From an uncultured Candidatus Rokubacteria bacterium (lineage in GTDB: Bacteria; Methylomirabilota; Methylomirabilia; Rokubacteriales; DASRDR01): 64,000 nucleotides of DNA. The number at the start of each line of letters is the position of its first letter. Position 1 is the stretch's first letter. Below are positions 58,680 to 64,000 of the stretch, piece after piece. Made by a program: the position numbers and the translations under genes. Under the pieces are notes generated by a model. It had not been told where the DNA came from, searched no databases, and worked only from the letters and a program-made list of their open reading frames with translations. Location of the stretch: positions 1,504,001 through 1,568,000 of the forward strand of contig CAWDVE010000010.1 of assembly GCA_963805625.1 (NCBI GenBank). Reading direction: 5' to 3'.

Positions 58680-59936
58680 TCAGGTCTCGTCGGCCCAGAT
58701 TGCGGCGGGCTCCTGGCGGCGCCGGAGAAGGCGCAAGGTGCCGTCCGACTCCAGCATGACCTCGGGGGCGCGGGGGTAGGAATTGTAGTTGATCGTGGAC
58801 ATCGCGGCACAATAGGCACCGGCGCCGCTCACCACGACTAGGTCGCCGATCTGGGGGCGGGGCACCCAGCGGGGTCCCAGGGCCTCGGGCTCGCCCGGCG
58901 CCGGCGTGAGGATGTCACCCGACTCACAGCAGGGGCCCACGAAGACGACCGCGGCCGCCTCCCTTCCCTGGGCGAGGACGTCGATCGGATGCTGAGCGCC
59001 GTAGAGCGACGGACGCGTGACCTCGGTCATGCCAGTGTCGAGCTTGGCGAACAGGTACCCTTCGCGCCCGGTGTCCACCACGTCGACGCAGCTGGCCACC
59101 ACCGCACCGGCGCGCGCGACGAGGTACGTGCCGGGCTCGATCTCGAGACCGAGGCGCCGGCCGTCCCGGGCCTGGAAGGCCAGGAGCTCGGCGCGCACGT
59201 GCGCGCCCACGTCGGCGAGGTCGACCGTCGGCTCCTCGGGCATGCGGCCGACCTTGAACCCGCCCCCCAGGTTGACGGCCCCCACCTCGGGGAGCTTCGC
59301 CGCCAGCTCGAGCGTCATCCGGATGCAGCGCTTCCAGATCTCCGGGTCGGTGCCCGAGCCCACGTGCGAGTGAAGCCGCGTGATGCGCAGACGGTAGCGC
59401 TCCGCCACCGTCTTGACCTCGTCCAGATACTCGTGCCAGATCCCGAAGCTTGCCGCGGGTCCGCCGGTGTTGGTGCGCTTGGTGGAGCCGGTCCCCAGCC
59501 CCGGATTCATCCGGACCGACACCTCGCTCCCGGGAGCGACCCGCCCGAAGCTGTCGAGCTGGTAAACGGAGCACGCGTTGAACAGGACGCCCCGCCGGAC
59601 GTGCTCGGCCAGCCGCCGCGACGGCATCTGGGAGGTGAGCTGGATCTCCGCCGGCGCGAATCCCGCCTGGATCGCCCGCTCGACCTCGAAGTCGCTCGAC
59701 GCGTCGATGTGGAGACCCAGCGCGCGGAACACCTGGAGGATCCCGCGAGACGGGTTCGCCTTCATCGCGTAGCGCAGGGTGAAGCCGAAGGGCGTCGGGA
59801 AGGCCAGGGCCGCGCGAGCAGCCGCTTCGAGAGCGGCGCGGTCGTAGACGTAGCAAGGGGTGCCGAAGCGCGTGCGCACCTCGGCGGCGACCTCGTAGCT
59901 GAGGAACGGGGTGGCGGACGTGATCGTGTGGTCCAT
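58680..59936 (-). CDS. lysA: diaminopimelate decarboxylase (PLP fold III)
   Basis: GTPCYVYD, YAMKAN (PLP Lys), HVGSG, NLGGG, EPG, RPSLYG, GPCCESGD, GAY. Confidence 0.88.
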   Translation of the reverse strand: MDHTITSATPFLSYEVAAEVRTRFGTPCYVYDRAALEAAARAALAFPTPFGFTLRYAMKANPSRGILQVFRALGLHIDASSDFEVERAIQAGFAPAEIQLTSQMPSRRLAEHVRRGVLFNACSVYQLDSFGRVAPGSEVSVRMNPGLGTGSTKRTNTGGPAASFGIWHEYLDEVKTVAERYRLRITRLHSHVGSGTDPEIWKRCIRMTLELAAKLPEVGAVNLGGGFKVGRMPEEPTVDLADVGAHVRAELLAFQARDGRRLGLEIEPGTYLVARAGAVVASCVDVVDTGREGYLFAKLDTGMTEVTRPSLYGAQHPIDVLAQGREAAAVVFVGPCCESGDILTPAPGEPEALGPRWVPRPQIGDLVVVSGAGAYCAAMSTINYNSYPRAPEVMLESDGTLRLLRRRQEPAAIWADET

Positions 59937-60091
59937 GGCCGCTCATCCTACCTCAGGACGGTGGCTCCTGCGCATCCGAGTCGGCCGAGCGGCCCTCACC
60001 CCTCTTGTCCGGGCCCCGGCCGTCCGCTAGAGTTGAGCCGGCCTCGAGGCCGCTCCCGACCCAGAACCATCTCTGACATCCAGGAGGTCCG

Positions 60092-60907
60092 GTGAAGGCG
60101 CGCGAGATCGTCGAGTACAACAAGCTCACCTGGCCCGAGATGAACGACGCGATCGAGCTCGGGAAGGTGGTCCTCCTCCCCACGGGCTCGACCGAGCAGC
60201 ACGGTGCTCACCTGCCCCTCGATACCGATCTGTTCCTGGTGGAGTCCGTGTGCCGGGAGCTCGGCCGCCGGGCGCCGGACAAGGTGCTCGTCCTGCCCGG
60301 CATCCCCTACGGGCTCAACATGCACCACTTCGACTTCCCGGGGACGATCCACGTCGAGCCTCAGCACTTCATCGACTTCTGCGCGGACGTGCTGAAGAGC
60401 GTCGCCTACCACGGGTTCCGGCGGATGGCGGTGATCAACGGGCACGGCTCGAACATGCCGATGGCCGACCTGATCGCGCGCCGGGTGGTGCTCGAGACCC
60501 CGGCCATCTGCTGCGCATTCGGCTACTACAACATGGGGCGAGACGAGAGTCTGAAGGGGCTCGAGAGCGGCGTGTACGCGCACGCGGACGAGTGGGAGAC
60601 CTCGCTCTACCTCCACTTCGACGCCGGGCGCGTCCAGATGGACAAGGCCGTCCAGGACACCGACCGGGTGGGACGGACGATGACCTCCGACAGCACGACC
60701 AACGTCCGGTTCAACGATTTCTGGGGCCGGTGGACCAAGACGGGCGTCCATGGCGACCCCACGAAGGCCAGCCGCGAGAAGGGCCGCCGGATTGCCGAGG
60801 CCATCATGAAGGAGATGCTGGTCTGGCTCGACGAGTTCCGGGCCTGGCCGATCGAGGGACGTCAGGACCAGCACCGGCTGCCGGTGCAGCGGGAGATCCG
60901 CTGGTGA
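60092..60907 (+). CDS. creatininase family amidohydrolase
   Basis: LTWPE, PTGSTEQHGAHLPLDTD, HHFDFPGT, NGHGSN, HADEWETS, GVHGDP. Confidence 0.92.
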   Translation: MKAREIVEYNKLTWPEMNDAIELGKVVLLPTGSTEQHGAHLPLDTDLFLVESVCRELGRRAPDKVLVLPGIPYGLNMHHFDFPGTIHVEPQHFIDFCADVLKSVAYHGFRRMAVINGHGSNMPMADLIARRVVLETPAICCAFGYYNMGRDESLKGLESGVYAHADEWETSLYLHFDAGRVQMDKAVQDTDRVGRTMTSDSTTNVRFNDFWGRWTKTGVHGDPTKASREKGRRIAEAIMKEMLVWLDEFRAWPIEGRQDQHRLPVQREIRW

Positions 60908-60929
60908 GACAACCAGGAGGGAGACGCTG

Positions 60930-62504
60930 ATGCGAGCGACGCGAGCGACACGACACGGGCCCCGTTACACCGCCGGGTGGTGCGCGATGGCACTGACCCT
61001 GTTCCTGGGCGCGACCCTCGTCGTCGCGCGGCCGGCCGCTGCCCAGGCCAATCACCTCAAGGTCGCCCTCCAGGGTGACACCTCGAACGTCGACCTTCAC
61101 CTGACGACGCACTACGTCAGCCGGGTGGCGTTGCTGAACGTGTACGAGATGCTCTACACGCTGGGCGAGGATCTGTCGATCCAGCCGATGCTGGCCGACA
61201 AGCACACGATCAGCCCCGACGGCCTCACCTACACGATCACGGTCCGGAAGGGCGTCAAGTTCCACAACGGCAAGGTGATGGACGCCAAGGACGTCGCCTA
61301 CACGCTCACCCGGATGCGGAACCAGGGCTGCCGGTCGGCGGAGTTCAAGGCGCTGGTGAAGGACATCGAGGCCACGGACGCCTCGACGGTCCGCATTGGC
61401 CTCAACGCCCCGTCGGGTGTCTTCCTCGCCAACCTGGCCAACGTCATCTGTCCGGTCGTGATCTATCCGGAGGGCGAGGTTGAGAAGCAGGGCGGCGCCA
61501 TCACGAAGCCGGTCGGCACCGGGCCCTACGAGTTCGTCGAGTGGAAGAAGGACGCCTTCCTTCGGGTCAAGAAGTTCAAGGACTACGTGGCCGACTCGCG
61601 GCCTTCCTCCGGGCTGGCAGGCAAGAAGGTCGCCATCATGGAGACGGTGGACTTCATCCCGATCCCAGACGGCGCCGTGCGCGCGGCCGCCATCGAACGG
61701 GGTGACGTCGACATCGCGATCGAGCTGAACATTGAGGATGCGCAGCGGATGAAGGGTAAGCCGGGGCTCGTAGTCGCCGTCAAACCCGGTATCGCCTTCG
61801 ACGACCTCCGGTTCGGCTTCAAGAAGGGGCCGTTCACCAACCAGAAGCTCCGCCAGGCAGTGGCCTTCGCCATTGACAAGGAGGAGCTCAACAAGGCGAA
61901 CCTCGGCGGCCAGGGCAAGCCGGTCTCCGCTGGGTTCCCGGCCGGCATGCCCTTCCACGGTGCCGTCCACGACCAGGACCCCTACGCCAAACCGAACCTC
62001 CAGAAGGCGAAGCAGCTCATGCAGGAGGCCGGCTACAAGGGGGAGAAGGTCGTCCTCACTGCTCACCTGGTGCCGGACCGGATCGCCCAGGGCGCCGTCG
62101 TGATCCAGGCTCAGCTCCAGGCGGCCGGCATGAACGTCGACGTGAAGACCCTGGAATCGGCAGCCCTCCAGGAGGTCTTCAACAAGGGCGACTTCGAGCT
62201 CTTCTACTCGGGACTCACGCCACGCCCGGACGCCGACGTCTACTACTGCCAGTCCAACGAATCGAAGGCGAGCCAGGCCGGCTACAACAATCCGGAGTAC
62301 GACCGGCTCTGCCAGGAAGGGCGCAAGGCGCTCAAGGCCGAGGACCGCGCCAAGATCTACGCCCAGCTCGAGCAGCTCCGTCGGACCGATCTCCCCTACT
62401 ACCCGACGAACTACTACCCGCAGGTGGCAGCGTGGCGGGAGAACGTCAAGGGCTGGACCCACTGGGCCGCGGGGTACGCCCGCGTGTGGGGCGTGTCGAA
62501 GTAA
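60930..62504 (+). CDS. family 5 (Dpp/Opp/Nik-like) ABC substrate-binding protein
   Basis: Signal peptide, PMLA, RKGVKFHNG, PVGTGPYEF, LRQAVAFAID, AKQLMQEAGY. Confidence 0.92.
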   Translation: MRATRATRHGPRYTAGWCAMALTLFLGATLVVARPAAAQANHLKVALQGDTSNVDLHLTTHYVSRVALLNVYEMLYTLGEDLSIQPMLADKHTISPDGLTYTITVRKGVKFHNGKVMDAKDVAYTLTRMRNQGCRSAEFKALVKDIEATDASTVRIGLNAPSGVFLANLANVICPVVIYPEGEVEKQGGAITKPVGTGPYEFVEWKKDAFLRVKKFKDYVADSRPSSGLAGKKVAIMETVDFIPIPDGAVRAAAIERGDVDIAIELNIEDAQRMKGKPGLVVAVKPGIAFDDLRFGFKKGPFTNQKLRQAVAFAIDKEELNKANLGGQGKPVSAGFPAGMPFHGAVHDQDPYAKPNLQKAKQLMQEAGYKGEKVVLTAHLVPDRIAQGAVVIQAQLQAAGMNVDVKTLESAALQEVFNKGDFELFYSGLTPRPDADVYYCQSNESKASQAGYNNPEYDRLCQEGRKALKAEDRAKIYAQLEQLRRTDLPYYPTNYYPQVAAWRENVKGWTHWAAGYARVWGVSK

Positions 62505-62534
62505 CCAGCGTCCTAGCGGGGAGCCTTCGCTCCT

Positions 62535-62577
62535 AGGATCCGCGGCGGTGAGTCGACTAAGGACCGCCGCGGGTCCT
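62535..62577. terminator. strong GC hairpin after the binding-protein gene
   Basis: AGGATCCGCGGCGGT / ACCGCCGCGGGTCCT 15-bp stem (one G-U pair). Confidence 0.45.
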
Positions 62578-62706
62578 GCGGGCCGGACTTGGCGCGACCC
62601 GGCCCCGACCGACCGCTCGCCGCCCGGACCATCCGATGACGACCGGGATCCGTCGCGCCGCAAGGCGCCCAAACCACCTGATGACCCGCTCAGCGCGGGA
62701 GGCACG

Positions 62707-63267
62707 ATGCCCGAATCCATTCCGGCCGCGCTCATCATCGACACGCTGAAGGACACGTTTCGCGCGGCGCGCGCGGCGCTGGCCGCCGAAGTGGCCGAGC
62801 CGCCGATGCACGGCCATCTCGGCTGGATCCTCAGCGTGCCGGACACGCACCAGAAGACCGTGCTCGCCGCGCTCGACAAGGAAGAGTCGATCCGCGTCGT
62901 CACCTGCGCGACCGAGGACGAGGCTACTGCGATCGCGGCCGGGCTCTACGTCGGCGGAGAGCCGGTCGTGCTGATGATCCAGCACGCGGGCCTCTACGCG
63001 TCGATCAACACCCTCCGCGGCGTGGCGTTGGACGGCCGGGTCCCGATCTTCTACATGATCGGCCTCCTGAGCCGGGAGAAGGACAAGGACCCGCGGGAGT
63101 CGCGGCACTCCATGGTCCGCTACTGCGAGCCGCTCCTCGACACCTTCGGGGTGCCGCACGCCCGCCTGGAAGGGCCGAACGACGTGCATCTCATCCCTGA
63201 GTACTACCGCCTGAGCCGCGCCCGCCGCGGACCGGCGGCCGTGCTGGTCGGCCTGGAGACGAGCTGA
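62707..63267 (+). CDS. TPP-dependent decarboxylase alpha subunit (sulfopyruvate/phosphonopyruvate decarboxylase, ComD-like)
   Basis: SVPD, TEDEATAIAAG, LMIQHAGL..SINTL; GGGAGG RBS. Confidence 0.75.
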   Translation: MPESIPAALIIDTLKDTFRAARAALAAEVAEPPMHGHLGWILSVPDTHQKTVLAALDKEESIRVVTCATEDEATAIAAGLYVGGEPVVLMIQHAGLYASINTLRGVALDGRVPIFYMIGLLSREKDKDPRESRHSMVRYCEPLLDTFGVPHARLEGPNDVHLIPEYYRLSRARRGPAAVLVGLETS

Positions 63268-63268
63268 G

Positions 63269-63883
63269 ATGGCCCCTGGCGTCGCAATGAAGCCCGAGGA
63301 CGTCCTGCGCGCCATCGCCGCCGAGCGGGGCGACGCCATCGTCGTTCCCACCATGACGACGGCCCCCGCCTGGCGCAGCATCGCGCCCAACGACCTGTCC
63401 GTGACCTGCGTCGGGTTCATGGGCGGCGCCTCCTCCCTCGGGCTCGGTATCGCGCTCGCCCGTCCCGACCGGCGCGTCCTCGTGCTCGACGGGGACGGGT
63501 CCCTGCTCATGCAGCTCGGATCGCTCGCCACGGTGGCCGGGGCCGCCCCGCGGAATCTGGTCCACTTCCTCTTCAAGAACGGCGTCTACCACACGTCGGG
63601 CGCGCAGGCGATCCCGGGCGGCCTGTCGGTCGACTTCGTGATGATGGCCAAGGGCGCCGGCTACCGGATGGCGAGCGCGATCGACGACCTCGGAGACTTC
63701 AAGCGCCGGCTTCCCGAGTTCCTCAGGACCGAGGGGCCGGTATTCGTCGAGCTCCACACGGGACTCGCCGAGCAGACTCCGATGACCGTCCGGGAGCGCA
63801 CTCCGTTCCACCAGCAGCTTCACGATGCTCGGGTCAAGCTCCTCCGCCCCCGCGCGACCGCGAGCGCGCCCGCGGACGCCTGA
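63269..63883 (+). CDS. TPP-dependent decarboxylase beta subunit (ComE-like)
   Basis: MGGASSLGLGIALARPDRRV, TPP-binding motif DGDGSLLM..N, NGVYHTSGAQ. Confidence 0.8.
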   Translation: MAPGVAMKPEDVLRAIAAERGDAIVVPTMTTAPAWRSIAPNDLSVTCVGFMGGASSLGLGIALARPDRRVLVLDGDGSLLMQLGSLATVAGAAPRNLVHFLFKNGVYHTSGAQAIPGGLSVDFVMMAKGAGYRMASAIDDLGDFKRRLPEFLRTEGPVFVELHTGLAEQTPMTVRERTPFHQQLHDARVKLLRPRATASAPADA

Positions 63884-63908
63884 CCCCACCTCACCGCCGG
63901 AGGCCGTC

Positions 63909-64000
63909 ATGCCGCTCGACCCCCAAGCTCAGCGTGTCGTCGATGCGATGGCCGCGCTCAACCTCAAGCCCGTCGAGAGCTCGACGCCCGACGAGGCGCG
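63909..64000 (+). CDS. 5' end of an alpha/beta hydrolase (HSL-type esterase), running off the window
   Basis: GGAGG RBS; MPLDPQAQRVVDAM..TPDEAR is a typical HSL cap start. Confidence 0.55.
   Translation, partial: MPLDPQAQRVVDAMAALNLKPVESSTPDEA

Overview
A very GC-rich (about 70% or more, by eye), gene-dense stretch of bacterial chromosome. Its gene style suggests a soil Ca. Rokubacteria/Methylomirabilota-type organism, which is an inference only. I see no rRNA, tRNA, CRISPR array, integrase or intact transposase. The content is mostly catabolic and transport genes: two complete Liv-type ABC importers, a partly decayed 2-aminobenzoyl/salicylyl-CoA monooxygenase (abm-like) cluster, a 3-sulfinopropionyl-CoA desulfinase-like Acd, hydantoinase A/B, an amidase, a creatininase and a ComDE-like decarboxylase. 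Housekeeping and envelope genes include lysA, family-5 UDG, plsC, GDPD, isoaspartyl peptidase, an RRM protein, a GT-C glycosyltransferase, a flippase and DUF2339. The most notable signals are: (1) a DUF169 domain fused to a Zn-motif MtaA/URO-D-family domain; (2) a TM-sensor-HAMP region fused to trehalose-6-phosphate synthase; (3) at least five genes reduced to N-terminus joined to C-terminus, plus truncated relics; (4) a family of GGGGTCAGACTTTGAC inverted-repeat elements, one of which supplies the stop codons of two convergent genes; (5) a duplicated gene junction that suggests allele replacement; (6) a tandem pair of small TM-coiled-coil paralogues; (7) a DUF6152/DUF6644 pair with a possible His-brace; and (8) repeated leaderless-type promoters. 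All family calls come from motif recognition, not database searches.
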